NCBI GenBank assembly: GCA_963715195.1
Contig: CAVQRT010000030.1
Coordinates: 224,001-288,000 of the forward strand
DNA length: 64,000 nt
Direction: 5' to 3'
From: Thermodesulfovibrionales bacterium
GTDB lineage: Bacteria > Nitrospirota > Thermodesulfovibrionia > Thermodesulfovibrionales > SM23-35
Shown here piece by piece: positions 10,800-20,833 of the stretch (within the stretch, counting starts at the first letter, position 1; each line of letters begins with the position of its first letter). The position numbers and the translations under genes are program-made. The notes beneath the pieces were generated by a model. That model saw nothing but the letters and a program-made list of their open reading frames with translations, searched no databases and had not been told where the DNA came from.

Positions 10800-11633
10800 A
10801 TGATTATTCCTTTGAGGATTCTCGGCAGAACAGGGGTTAAGGTCACCTCTATCGGACTCGGCGGAGAGGGAATTCTTCGGACTTTCAACCATGACAGGGA
10901 TGCATATGCCCTTATCAACAGGGCCATCGATCTGGGTATCAATTATTTAGAATCGGCCAGGGCATATGCAGGGAGCGAATCATACTATGGAATGGCACTG
11001 AAAGAGCGAAGAAAAGACATATTTCTTACAAGTAAATCCCATGCAAGAGATAAAAAGGGAGCGATTGAACATCTTCAAGAGTCGCTAAAAAACATGCATA
11101 CGGATCATCTGGACCTCTGGCAGGTACACGACATGAGGACAGAAGATGAGATGCGGGAAGTTTTTGGCCCGGGCGGAGCGCTGGAGGCCTTCTTACAAGC
11201 GAGGGAAAAGGGATTGGCACGTTTTATCGGAGTGACCGGCCACCATGATCCTGAGATATTGAGGAAATGCATCGAAATTGCCGATTTTGATACGGTTTTA
11301 ATGCCTGTAAATCCAGCTGAAACGCACTACAAGAGTTTTATCGAAACGGTCCTCCCTGTTGCAGAAAAAAAGAATATGGGTATTATTGCCATGAAGGTGT
11401 ACTTCAGGGGCTTTGCTGCAAGAATTCCGTGGTACAAAAGCATGGAACCGTTTCTTCATTTTGCACTCTCTTATCCGGTAAGCACAGCTGTCATCGGTTG
11501 TGATACCCTTGAGCAGCTTGAAGAGAACGTGAGGTTCGCTTCTCAGTTTGCCCAGATGTCTGAAGAGCACATGAAACAACTCTCAACTGATATCAGGCCA
11601 TTGTCCCGCCAACTCATGTATTACAAGCCGTAG
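10800..11633 (+). CDS. Aldo/keto reductase
   Basis: LGRTG..V..IGLGG, GINYLESA..Y, LTSK, DLWQVH, IIAMK. Confidence 0.88.
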   Translation: MIIPLRILGRTGVKVTSIGLGGEGILRTFNHDRDAYALINRAIDLGINYLESARAYAGSESYYGMALKERRKDIFLTSKSHARDKKGAIEHLQESLKNMHTDHLDLWQVHDMRTEDEMREVFGPGGALEAFLQAREKGLARFIGVTGHHDPEILRKCIEIADFDTVLMPVNPAETHYKSFIETVLPVAEKKNMGIIAMKVYFRGFAARIPWYKSMEPFLHFALSYPVSTAVIGCDTLEQLEENVRFASQFAQMSEEHMKQLSTDIRPLSRQLMYYKP

Positions 11634-12042
11634 CGTTCCCACATATAGTTCCGGGTTCATGAAGTTTTGTCAGATGTTAAGGTATAATTCCATTCAACCC
11701 GTGTGCCTCCTTAGCCCGGTAGAATAGAGTACAGGTTCCCTAATTCCAACGAATGCGATTTCATAATCCCTTGATAATGAAGACTTTCCTTTAAATTTTC
11801 ATCGATTTGCAGATTCTTGATAATTGAGTATGTTTTGATATAGTTATGCCGGTTTGAATTTGAAACAGCGAGGAAGTTTATACCCGAAAAAAGCTTTTTT
11901 TATTACCGCACAATTACAGGATGTGTCCCAGTATATTCACGGTAGAACTGATTGAAAGGGACTGTGCCCGGGTTAAACGGGGGCCACTTCTTGAAGACAA
12001 CGTTGCATTCGAATAAGCGTCAAGTAAGAAAATAGGAGCTTC

Positions 12043-12588
12043 CTACAAAGCCATAAGAATCATCACCATCTGGCGGCCTTCCATTTTAGGCTGAATTTCG
12101 ACTTTTGCGATATCCGCCACTTCCAACACCAATCTGTTTAAAACCTTCGCCCCCAGTTCCTGGCGACTCATTTCTCGTCCTTTAAAACGCATTGTTACTT
12201 TAACCTTATCTCCATGCTCAATAAATTTCCGAGCACTCCGCTTCTTGAACTCGTAGTCATGGGTATCGATTAACGGGCGCATCCTGATTTCCTTGAGGGT
12301 TTGCGTCGCCTGTTTTTTTCTGGATTTTTGAAGTTTCTTGCTCTTGTCGAACTTGAACTTCCGGTAATCCATGATCTTACAGACCGGCGGATCAGCATTG
12401 GGGCTGATTTCCACAAGATCTAAATCTCTTTCCCTAGATAACTTCAAAGCAGATTCAATATCCATGATGCCGATTTGCCCTTCATCGGCAACGACTCGTA
12501 TCTGTTTGGCTTTAATCAGCCTGATCTGGTTGTTTATGCGGGTAAGATCAGCGACCCTGCCGGGCAATACTCGTCTTTGATTAGCTAT
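12043..12588 (-). CDS. infC: Translation initiation factor IF-3 (ATA start)
   Basis: LDLVEISPNADPPVCKIMDY, KVKVTMRFKGRE; RBS AAGGAGG 8 nt before in-frame ATA at 12588. Confidence 0.93.
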   Translation of the reverse strand: MANQRRVLPGRVADLTRINNQIRLIKAKQIRVVADEGQIGIMDIESALKLSRERDLDLVEISPNADPPVCKIMDYRKFKFDKSKKLQKSRKKQATQTLKEIRMRPLIDTHDYEFKKRSARKFIEHGDKVKVTMRFKGREMSRQELGAKVLNRLVLEVADIAKVEIQPKMEGRQMVMILMAL

Positions 12589-12725
12589 TGTGTATTCCTC
12601 CTTTTAGTTTGATATCCTGTGCGGGTAGAAGCACCGAACGGCCTATTCTATAGGCCCTGAAGGCGGCAATATCCGCAGTAACGTAAAACGTTAACAGAAA
12701 AAAAGTTTTTATTATTAGAATCTTA

Positions 12726-12923
12726 TCAAAATCTCCTACGCTTCTTAGCCTTCGCTCTTGTCTTACGAGCCTCTGCTCGTTTTCGTTTTTCTTTTATCGA
12801 AGGTTTTTCATAAAAACTTCTCATCTTGATTTCTTTGAGAAGTCCTTCAGTCTGAACTTTACGCTTCAGAATTTTGATAGCTTTTTCTATATCATTGCCG
12901 ACTACTCTTATCTCTATGATAAT
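12726..12923 (-). CDS. rpsU: 30S ribosomal protein S21 (no ATG/GTG/TTG start; absent from ORF track)
   Basis: Hand translation IIIEIRVVGNDIEKAIKILKRKVQTEGLLKEIKMRSFYEKPSIKEKRKRAEARK..; FYEKPS motif. Confidence 0.9.
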   Translation of the reverse strand: MIIEIRVVGNDIEKAIKILKRKVQTEGLLKEIKMRSFYEKPSIKEKRKRAEARKTRAKAKKRRRF

Positions 12924-13256
12924 TTATCTCCTGTCTCTTCCATAACCTGATCCCCTTCCCTGTCCGAGACCGCCCCTGCCTCGGCCGAAACCCCGTCCTT
13001 CCTTTGGCTGTTGAGGTCTTGCCTCATTGACGATCAAAGCACGGTCCATAAGTTTTGTGCCGTTCAGCTGTTCTATGGCTTTTTTAGCGTCGTCTGCGGA
13101 CGACATTTCAATAAAGCCAAAACCCTTGGAACGCCCCGTGTCGATATCAGTAATTATTTTTACCGATTCAACCTCTCCAATACCTGAGAAAATCTCGCGG
13201 AGAGATTCCTCTGTTGCACTGAAAGGGATACTTCCTACATACAGTTTCTTGCTCAT
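12924..13256 (-). CDS. RRM RNA-binding protein with Gly/Arg-rich tail
   Basis: KLYVG (RNP2), KGFGFIEM (RNP1), VNEARP. Confidence 0.95.
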   Translation of the reverse strand: MSKKLYVGSIPFSATEESLREIFSGIGEVESVKIITDIDTGRSKGFGFIEMSSADDAKKAIEQLNGTKLMDRALIVNEARPQQPKEGRGFGRGRGGLGQGRGSGYGRDRR

Positions 13257-13436
13257 ACTTTAACCCCACTTGAAAGAATTAAGATTCCCTAACGCCTTAA
13301 AGCTTTGAGGCTTCTCTGACTTCAAAGGTAGGATACTATAGAATAACACTTCATAGATTTAAAAATCAGAAGAAAATAAATATGTCTGATCCAACGCTTT
13401 TGTTTTTTTGATATACATTTTTGCCGAAATAGGTAT

Positions 13437-13745
13437 ATGAATAAGGTCATTGTCCTTGAAGTCGTCGAATCTCATGGATGCAATAGTCGACGCCGGATTG
13501 GTGACAAATCCTATTTCGATGGGGCAGGCAATTTACTCACCGAACGAAGTCCGAAGAAAATCTGTGTGTTTGCCCTGAGCAACGCGGTAATGATGATTTT
13601 TACTGTCAGTGAAATGCTGTATGCAGGGGTTGACCCGAATACAATGCGTTTCAAGTGGACTCATTGTTTTGACGCAGGGCTGCAATGCGGTGGATGGGGA
13701 CGTATTGTTCTCGATCTGCATGTAGAAGATAGTAGGACAGCTTAA
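13437..13745 (+). CDS. Cys-containing hypothetical protein, possibly N-truncated
   Basis: EVVESHGC..GD..YFDGAGNL..C..CFDAGLQCGGWG. Confidence 0.6.
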   Translation: MNKVIVLEVVESHGCNSRRRIGDKSYFDGAGNLLTERSPKKICVFALSNAVMMIFTVSEMLYAGVDPNTMRFKWTHCFDAGLQCGGWGRIVLDLHVEDSRTA

Positions 13746-13795
13746 TACCACTAAACGATACATGAATGTGGGGATAAATGATCTAATACTCGAGA

Positions 13796-14449
13796 TTACT
13801 TTATTTTGTGTCTTACTAATTTTCCCTTGCACATGTAAATAACCATCTCTGCAATGTTTGTTGCATGGTCAGCAATGCGTTCAAGATATTTTGCGACATA
13901 ACTGACTCTGACTGCTCGTGATATATTACGTTGATCCTGCATCATATAGAAAAGAAGTTCATTAAAAACCTGTTCCATTAGCCTGTCTATTTCATCATCC
14001 TTCTTTATTACAGCATACGGTAGGTTTGTACAGCCTCTAACATAGGCATCAAGAGAATCCCTTACCATTGCCTGAGCAATCTCTGCCATACGTGGGATAT
14101 CTATATAAGGTTTTAATTGTGGTTCCTTATTCAACTCTAACGCTCTGTTAGCAATACTAACTGATAGGTCACCTATCCTTTCAAGGTCTGTTGTGATCTT
14201 TAAAGTTGTTGCTATAAATCTTAAATCTCTTGCCTTCGGTTGCCCAAGAGCTAAAAGCCTTATGCAGTCTTCATCTATTGCAACATCTAAATCATTAATC
14301 TTTCGGTCTCTTTTAATAACACCCCTTGCAATGTCGTTCTTCCTTTCAACGAGAGATTTAACAGAATCTTGTATTGCTTGCTCAACTAATGCACCAAGTC
14401 TTAAAACATTATTTCTTAATTCAACTAATTCATTATAGAAGTCAACCAT
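13796..14449 (-). CDS. phoU: Phosphate signalling protein PhoU
   Basis: QPKARDLR, DLERIGD, YLERIADHATNIAE. Confidence 0.95.
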   Translation of the reverse strand: MVDFYNELVELRNNVLRLGALVEQAIQDSVKSLVERKNDIARGVIKRDRKINDLDVAIDEDCIRLLALGQPKARDLRFIATTLKITTDLERIGDLSVSIANRALELNKEPQLKPYIDIPRMAEIAQAMVRDSLDAYVRGCTNLPYAVIKKDDEIDRLMEQVFNELLFYMMQDQRNISRAVRVSYVAKYLERIADHATNIAEMVIYMCKGKLVRHKIK

Positions 14450-14754
14450 CTATTTGCCTATCTTATTGATTTTCATTAAATCTATTAGATTTTTAAATTA
14501 TTTGCAAGCGCTACCTCACGCTACCTGCAGAGCTAACTTTAGGAGAGGAAGGAATAGACAAGCAGGGTACTTACCTCTTGGTGTTTGAACCACACCATTT
14601 GTCAGACAATACATTTTCAGGAAGAAATTTAACTCTGCAATCACCGCCATCTGAAAGAGAACATGAAAATGAATCAATGCTTATTTTCGTGTTGCATCCT
14701 CGCAAATAAATAGTGGAGTGTTGTAAAATTTTGTAAGTAAAAAAAGAGATTAGC

Positions 14755-14943
14755 GTGATGATTCAAACCGTATTAGAAGAAAAAATAGAACATCAAAAGG
14801 AGTTAATTTGTAGGGATTTCGATTTAGATTGTTTGAACGTTAACAGTCCCACTCGATGTGCGATTGGGGGCGAAGTGGTAATAAATGAAAAGTGCTATTA
14901 TTTTCTGCCCATTAAGGGCATTTGCCCTATGATTAAATTTTGA
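14755..14943 (+). CDS. Small hypothetical protein
   Basis: 62-aa ORF with 5 Cys; no recognisable motif. Confidence 0.35.
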   Translation: MMIQTVLEEKIEHQKELICRDFDLDCLNVNSPTRCAIGGEVVINEKCYYFLPIKGICPMIKF

Positions 14944-15407
14944 CAGGAAATTATTACCAACAGCATTTGTTGACAAACTGTGAACAAGATTGTCTAATAT
15001 CCCTTCCAACCCTCTCCGTGTAAGAACCCTTATCCCTTTGCCTAAACTTTAGTCATACAAAATATGCATTAAAATCAAAGATATTATATGAGTAATATTA
15101 GGTCTGCTTTAAGAACATCCATACTGATAGCTGCAGACCTTACTCTATCAAGGAACTATCTGATAAGGCTGTTAAAAAGATCTGAAAATACCTGGCTTCA
15201 TTCATCTTGCGCATGGCTCCGTTAAAACTATGTGATCACCTGAACGCTCCAAACATTTGGTAGATGTCATCAGTGTTTGGTTCAGGAAGAATCGAGATAG
15301 CGACTTCATCTGCTATGCAGGTTATCAAGTTTTCATAGACGATTATGATATGATCTGATAAATTATTTTTCTTTTTTTAACCTCGTCTTAAGTAATAATG
15401 TTTCATT

Positions 15408-16583
15408 ATGCTTAAAAATACTCCGTTTATTTTACTTTGTATTTCAGGGTTGTTTGCCATATTCAGTTCAACCATTTCAAAAAGCCCTGTACTACCCTTA
15501 TTTAGCGAACATCTCGGAGCAACGCCAACAGGAGTAGGCATCATTGCAGGCGTATCAGCATTTACTGGAATTATTGCCAGTATACCAGCAGGAATATTCT
15601 CAGACAGATTAGGAAGAAAACGAATGATGGTATTTTCAGCAATTATTTTTTCCACAGCACCCTTTCTCTATCTTTTTGTAACCACAATATGGCAGCTTGC
15701 TCTGGTAAGATTCTATCACGGTTTTGCCACAGCTATTTTTATCCCTGTTGGGATGGCATTAGTTGCCGATATCTTCCAAGAAGACAGAGGAGAAAGAATT
15801 GGATGGTTTTCTACATCAACTCTTACTGGAAGGTTTATGGCCCCGATAACTGGTGGGAGTCTTTTAGGATTCTTGTCTTATAACCCTGCTCTGAGTTTCA
15901 AGGCCGTATATCTCCTCTGCGGCATCGCAGGACTTATAACGCTTTTTTTTATATTCCGTTTGCCCAATCCAGCCGAAAAAGTCGAAATTAAAGAATCAAA
16001 AATAAAAACATGGATGCTTTTAAAGCCTGTTATATCAGATAAAAACATTTTGTTAACCTGTATAGTTGAGGCATCAATACTTTTTGCCTATGGAACCTTT
16101 GAAACCTTCCTACCACTTTATTGCAAAAACATCGGGTTGAGTGCCTACGAAATCGGGGTTTTTCTGTCAGCTCAAATTATTACACTTGCACTCACAAAAC
16201 CTATGATGGGAAGATTATCCGATAGACACGGTAGAAAACCTCAAATATTTGTAGGCACAATCGTTGGCTCAATTTGTATCGGGAGCTTTTTCATTTCTAA
16301 ATCCTTTATAGCTTTTCTCCTATTGAGTGTATTGTTTGGTCTGTGTCTTTCCATTGTTACCTCTGCAACGGCTGCATTTATCGCCGATTTGAGCAGACAA
16401 AGCACAAGGGGATCAGCAATGGGAACCCTCGGTTCCATAATGGACATAGGGCATACAACAGGTCCCATCATTGCTGGAATTATTGCCTCACAGTTTGGGA
16501 TAGGATATTCTTTCTTGGGTGCTTCGCTTATGCTTATTGCTATTGCCTTGCTTTTTTTCAAAGGGGTTATATCGGGAAGTTGA
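15408..16583 (+). CDS. MFS transporter
   Basis: About 12 TM; motif A twice (GIFSDRLGRK, GRLSDRHGRK). Confidence 0.92.
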   Translation: MLKNTPFILLCISGLFAIFSSTISKSPVLPLFSEHLGATPTGVGIIAGVSAFTGIIASIPAGIFSDRLGRKRMMVFSAIIFSTAPFLYLFVTTIWQLALVRFYHGFATAIFIPVGMALVADIFQEDRGERIGWFSTSTLTGRFMAPITGGSLLGFLSYNPALSFKAVYLLCGIAGLITLFFIFRLPNPAEKVEIKESKIKTWMLLKPVISDKNILLTCIVEASILFAYGTFETFLPLYCKNIGLSAYEIGVFLSAQIITLALTKPMMGRLSDRHGRKPQIFVGTIVGSICIGSFFISKSFIAFLLLSVLFGLCLSIVTSATAAFIADLSRQSTRGSAMGTLGSIMDIGHTTGPIIAGIIASQFGIGYSFLGASLMLIAIALLFFKGVISGS

Positions 16584-17019
16584 TGAGGAAGAGTATTTAT
16601 TTCTATTTGAACTCTTGATAATCAATTCTGCTCATAATGAAGCGGAGTGCAAGAGGCATTCGATTAGCTATTCGATCAAGCGAACTCAAGGATTACAGAT
16701 CTTGAAATTATTCCCACAAAGCGGAGCCCATCGGTAAAAGGTATTCTCAGTATCCCGTTCTCAAGCATAGTATCCAATGCATCGCCAAGTGGTGCATTGC
16801 ATCTTTGAAGACTTTGTTAAAGTCTCCCAATAGCGGATATCCAAGTTTATCCTTAGCATGATTGTTTGTGGGAACAAGATTCTTCCTTTTGAAATAAAAA
16901 TAAAGAAATATGCCTATCACTATGATTATTAATATTAGTGAATCCATATGTGTCACTCAGGATAGAATGCCGATTATTATAATGTCAGAATTATACCAAG
17001 GTTCAAAGGGGAGAGATAT

Positions 17020-17104
17020 AGAGAGAAATGGGGAGGACAGTTTGAGCCAACCAGGGAGGGGGAGACCCTGATTGAGAGAAAGGAGTGAAGTCAAACTGTC
17101 CTTT
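17020..17104 (-). ncRNA. Candidate small RNA A (C-rich hairpin)
   Basis: 12-bp IR 17034-17045/17091-17102 with inner hairpin; starts just after -10 TATCCT at 17110-17115. Confidence 0.5.
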
Positions 17105-17109
17105 CTCTT

Positions 17110-17163
17110 AGGATATCCAAAAGATATGAGGGAAGTATGAAGGAACTATGGAGATCGTGTGAA
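17110..17163 (-). promoter_or_regulatory. OmpR/PhoB-type promoter: 4 repeats at 11-bp period plus -10
   Basis: TTCAC/TCCAT/TTCAT/CTCAT at 17163/17152/17141/17130; TATCCT 15 nt after last. Confidence 0.65.
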
Positions 17164-17176
17164 TAGCATTGCAGCT

Positions 17177-17917
17177 TCAACTTTTCTGCATGACAAAAAA
17201 GACTGAGCCGTACCATTGATAATATTTCTTGTACATGTCTATTTCTCGTTGTTCGTTATCCAAGACGGCAAGGGCTTCGGTATTATTAATATATTTCTCT
17301 CTGAGATTCCTGATCCGCTCTTCCAAAGGATTGTAATACTCGATCCACCATGCATCTTCAGGCAAAGTGAAGTGCCCAAGAAGAGAGTATCCATGCTTTG
17401 AGATGATTTCCATGTTCTCGGCAACGGTCTTTATCTCAGGATAGAACTTCTTCCAGTATTCATAAATCTCTTGAGGGGGGTCTGGCTGTAGCCATGTCAT
17501 CTCGTGAACTACTAAGAATCCCTTTGGTTTTATTAAGCGCCGCCATTCGGTCAACCCTCGTTCAAAGCCCATGATGTAAATAGATCCCTCAGCCCAAATG
17601 ATATCAAAGCTCTCCTCCGGAAACTTCATATCAAACATTGAGCAGTTTATGGCATGGACACGATCTGAGAGTCCGGCTTCCTTTATCTTCTCCGTCAGTT
17701 GATCCAAATATGGCTGATGGGTATCTATCCCTATCACTTCCCCTTGGGTTAATCGTGCAAGCTCCATTGTTTGTCCTCCCGGACCGCAGCCTATGTCGAG
17801 AATACGGGGCTTGTCCATATCAGGAAGCAAATAAAACGCCTGTCTGGTATATCGGTTTCTCCCGGGGCCTTCTCTTGGAAGATTGTGATGAATCTCAAAG
17901 AAAATATCTGTAGTCAT
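17177..17917 (-). CDS. Class I SAM-dependent methyltransferase
   Basis: ILDIGCGPG, FDIIWAEG; own extended -10 TGATATAAT at 17935-17943. Confidence 0.9.
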   Translation of the reverse strand: MTTDIFFEIHHNLPREGPGRNRYTRQAFYLLPDMDKPRILDIGCGPGGQTMELARLTQGEVIGIDTHQPYLDQLTEKIKEAGLSDRVHAINCSMFDMKFPEESFDIIWAEGSIYIMGFERGLTEWRRLIKPKGFLVVHEMTWLQPDPPQEIYEYWKKFYPEIKTVAENMEIISKHGYSLLGHFTLPEDAWWIEYYNPLEERIRNLREKYINNTEALAVLDNEQREIDMYKKYYQWYGSVFFVMQKS

Positions 17918-17964
17918 GAGTAAGTTGCAGCACCATTATATCAGGTTTAGGAGGGTAGATTTAA

Positions 17965-18041
17965 GTTTGGAAGAAAGGAGGGAGAGCAGCCAGTAGGAGG
18001 GTATTACTGGCTGCTAACTCATGAAGAAAGTTATTCGCTTA
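17965..18041 (-). ncRNA. Candidate small RNA B (hairpin with CCCTCC loop)
   Basis: 11-bp perfect IR 17985-17995/18005-18015, loop ATACCCTCC, tail CTCCCTCCTTTC; downstream of -10 TATTCT. Confidence 0.5.
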
Positions 18042-18047
18042 AATATA

Positions 18048-18101
18048 AGAATACATCGGAAAAATGAAGAAATAACGAAGGAAACGTGAAAACATTGTGA
18101 A
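18048..18101 (-). promoter_or_regulatory. OmpR/PhoB-type promoter: 4 repeats at 11-bp period plus -10
   Basis: TTCAC/TTCAC/TTCGT/TTCAT at 18101/18090/18079/18068; TATTCT 15 nt after last. Confidence 0.65.
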
Positions 18102-18484
18102 TGTTGCTTATCAGACGTTCAGGATCCACAATATGAAATCCTACTTGCGCCTAAGAACAAACGCTTTTTGCGGGCTCTAAAATAATGCGAACTGCTTCAT
18201 CGAGTCCGCACGGTGAGTAATGTCATAATGCTATTTGTATCACCTGCTTATCAACACCCTGCAAAAATCAAAATCGCCGAAAAGTACATCCGGAACTAAA
18301 TACGCCAGAATTTGTATACGGAGAATATTTCGAAGGGAAATAAATAGCAGGTAATCGGAGAGAGGAGAGTGTTTCTTTTGGGAGCAAATGACCTAAGAAG
18401 CCAATTGCGTTATGGAATAGGATAAACATCATTATCAAAGTGCAAACCGAATCGTTCAGCGCCATTTTTTTCCTTCTTCTTTTA

Positions 18485-18742
18485 TCATTCTTTCATATTC
18501 GTCCTTTCATATTCGTCATGAGTTCCTATCCACACCCAAATATAGTCGTCACCGTCTTCGACCGCGAGCGCTCTATAATTTAGACCAGCGCGGACAGACC
18601 AAAATTGACCTATTTTCTTAAAATAAAGAGATGGATGAGACGGATTAACTCATAATAACTCGAATTGCTTCTTTGCTATCTTTTGAACAGGAGCGGGCGG
18701 GTTTCCAAAGTATTTCCAGAAACGCTCTGTTGTGCGATGCAC
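18485..18742 (-). pseudogene. RelE/ParE-like toxin with internal TGA
   Basis: VHRTTERFWK..KQFELL*VNPSHPSLYFKKIGQFWSVRAGLNYRALA..WVWIGTHDEY; TGA at 18650-18652. Confidence 0.8.
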
Positions 18743-18943
18743 CTAAAGATCCCTGAGTTTATTGGTAGCTTTTGCCTTCTTTGCTTCCCTCAGTAAAAAA
18801 TCCAAGTTTCCCGAGGCTGAGTCTGATAAGATTTGTTTGTCCCATTGTTGCCAGTCTTTCTCTGAGAACCACTGCCTCAGCAAAATATAGTCTTCCTTGG
18901 GTAAGGTGTTTATGGCTTCTTTTATTTCTTCAACCTTCGACAT
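18743..18943 (-). CDS. Putative antitoxin
   Basis: MSKVEEIKEAI..LP..LRQWF.E.DW..WDKQI..D..SG.LDFL; abuts toxin start. Confidence 0.7.
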   Translation of the reverse strand: MSKVEEIKEAINTLPKEDYILLRQWFSEKDWQQWDKQILSDSASGNLDFLLREAKKAKATNKLRDL

Positions 18944-19283
18944 TGTCGGCTCCTCCAAAAATAAAAAACTTATAATATTGTACATCATTTTATTAGGGAA
19001 TAAACCACTAGCTCCCTGGCGATATAGTCAGTTAAACGGGTAGCGATGTGTTCAGGCATAAATGCTACTTCCATCTCTCGCCCTGATTTTGGTTCAGTGG
19101 AAATGAATAGAAATGACACTTGTGAAGACAAAAAAAAGTGAACTGCTGGTCTTAAACTTTTCAGGGTGTGAAAGATACCTGCTAATGTTGAATTTGAGGC
19201 GATAATGAAATATGTCGATTTTAGAAAGAACATTGCAAATTAGTTTTTATAGGTTTTGCTTTTTTACAATGGTGGCTCAACAT

Positions 19284-20341
19284 TCACAATCCCTTGCAAT
19301 ATTGACTCGGGAAGTATTTCTTCTGGAAGTACAAGGCAACATTCACAAGCCCTATTAATACTGGCACTTCAACTAACGGACCAATAACCGCAGCGAATGC
19401 CTGACCAGAATCTATTCCAAATACAGACACAGCGACAGCGATGGCAAGTTCAAAGTTATTGCTTGCAGCCGTAAACGATAGAGTGGTTGTCTTCTCAAAC
19501 CTGCACCGAATCTTCTTCCCATGAAAAGAGCAAGACCATGATTATGAAATAGAGCAAGAGTGGTATCGCTATCCTGATAACATCAAATGGCAACTGTACA
19601 ATATACTCCCCTTTGAGAGAGAACATCACAACTATCGTGAATAACAAAGCTATCAATGTTATGGGACTGATTTTAGGGGTGAATGCTGTGTCGTACCAGT
19701 GCCGTCCCTTGATTTTTATGAGACTGAAACGAGTTATTATCCCTGCAATGAATGGGATGCCAAGATATATGAAGACACTCTTTGCGATCTGCCCCATAGT
19801 GATATTTACTACAGCCCCTTTCAGGCCTAACAAGGGCAGAAGCACTGATATGAATACATATGCATAAACAGAAAAGAAGAATACTTGAAAGAGTGAGTTG
19901 AATGCTACAAGACCTGCTGCATATTCCCTGTCTCCACATGCAGAGATCATTCCACACTATTACCATAGCTATGCAGCGTGCGAGTCCGATCAAAATCAAT
20001 CCTATCATGTATTCTGGATATCCCTGCAAGAACATAACAGCAAAAACAAACATCAAAACAGGGCCTACTATCCAGTTTTGAATCAGTGATAGACCAAGCA
20101 CTCTTTTGTTTCTGAAGACCTCCCCGAGTTCCTCATACTTAACTTTGGCAAGAGGAGGATACATCATGAGAATAAGACCTATGGCAATAGGTATATTTGT
20201 CGTACCAACCTGAAAGAGATTAATGAAGTCTTTCACCTGTGGGTAGAAATAGCCGATACCGACACCGAATGCCATGGCAATGAATATCCAGAGCGTGAGG
20301 AATCTATCGAGAAATGACAGGCGTTTTGTAAGTTCAGACAC
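19284..20341 (-). pseudogene. acr3: Acr3 arsenite efflux transporter, frameshifted
   Basis: [30 protein letters not shown]; shifts near 19943 and 19500-19530; tail [23 protein letters not shown] in another frame. Confidence 0.88.
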
Positions 20342-20391
20342 AAATACCCCTTGGTATATTTTGTATCCTTTCGAAGTATAAACGAAAAAAC

Positions 20392-20827
20392 TCAGGAAAG
20401 TGTTCGAATAAATTCTTTCACTTTGGATCTTTATTTGATCTCGGACTTCCCGTGTTTTGAACAGCTTCTCTTGATGGGTACCTATAAACGACGAAGGATC
20501 TTCAAATGACCAGTGTAAGCGTTTGGCAATTCCAGGGAATACAGGACATGCTTGTGCAGTTGCATGATCACAAACAGTAATAACATAATGAAAAGTTCTT
20601 CCTGATGTTACAAAATCAAACACTCCCTTTGTCTGATTAGTTGAGATATCAAATCCCTCTTCTTTCATTACCTCAACCGCTAAAGGATTCAAGGTGCCAG
20701 GCGACAGCCCTGCACTCTCTACTTCAAATCGCTCTCCACCGCAATGTTTCAAAAATGCTTCGGCCATTTGGCTTCTTGCTGAGTTATGAACACAGACGAA
20801 CAACACTTTTATTTTTTCGGTAGCCAT
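20392..20827 (-). CDS. arsC: Arsenate reductase (LMW-PTP type); 3' frameshift removes its stop and fuses it to acr3
   Basis: [34 protein letters not shown]; native end [10 protein letters not shown] is in a shifted frame. Confidence 0.85.
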
Positions 20828-20833
20828 GCAATG

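Noticed and set aside
11640..12040. ncRNA in the 400-bp intergenic gap
   Set aside because: A promoter-like sequence and weak hairpins only; no recognisable motif
14700..14740. PHO box for phoU
   Set aside because: Repeat period is 10 rather than 11 and there is no good -10 at the expected spacing
15160..15230. IS5-like transposase tail (..GFIHLA)
   Set aside because: Too short, needs a frameshift, and no ends found
18650..18652. In-frame TGA in the toxin as selenocysteine
   Set aside because: No SECIS-like hairpin seen and not a Cys-type position; simple nonsense mutation
19673..20827. 384-aa ArsC-Acr3 fusion protein
   Set aside because: Produced by a frameshift; acr3 keeps its own RBS and GTG and is itself broken
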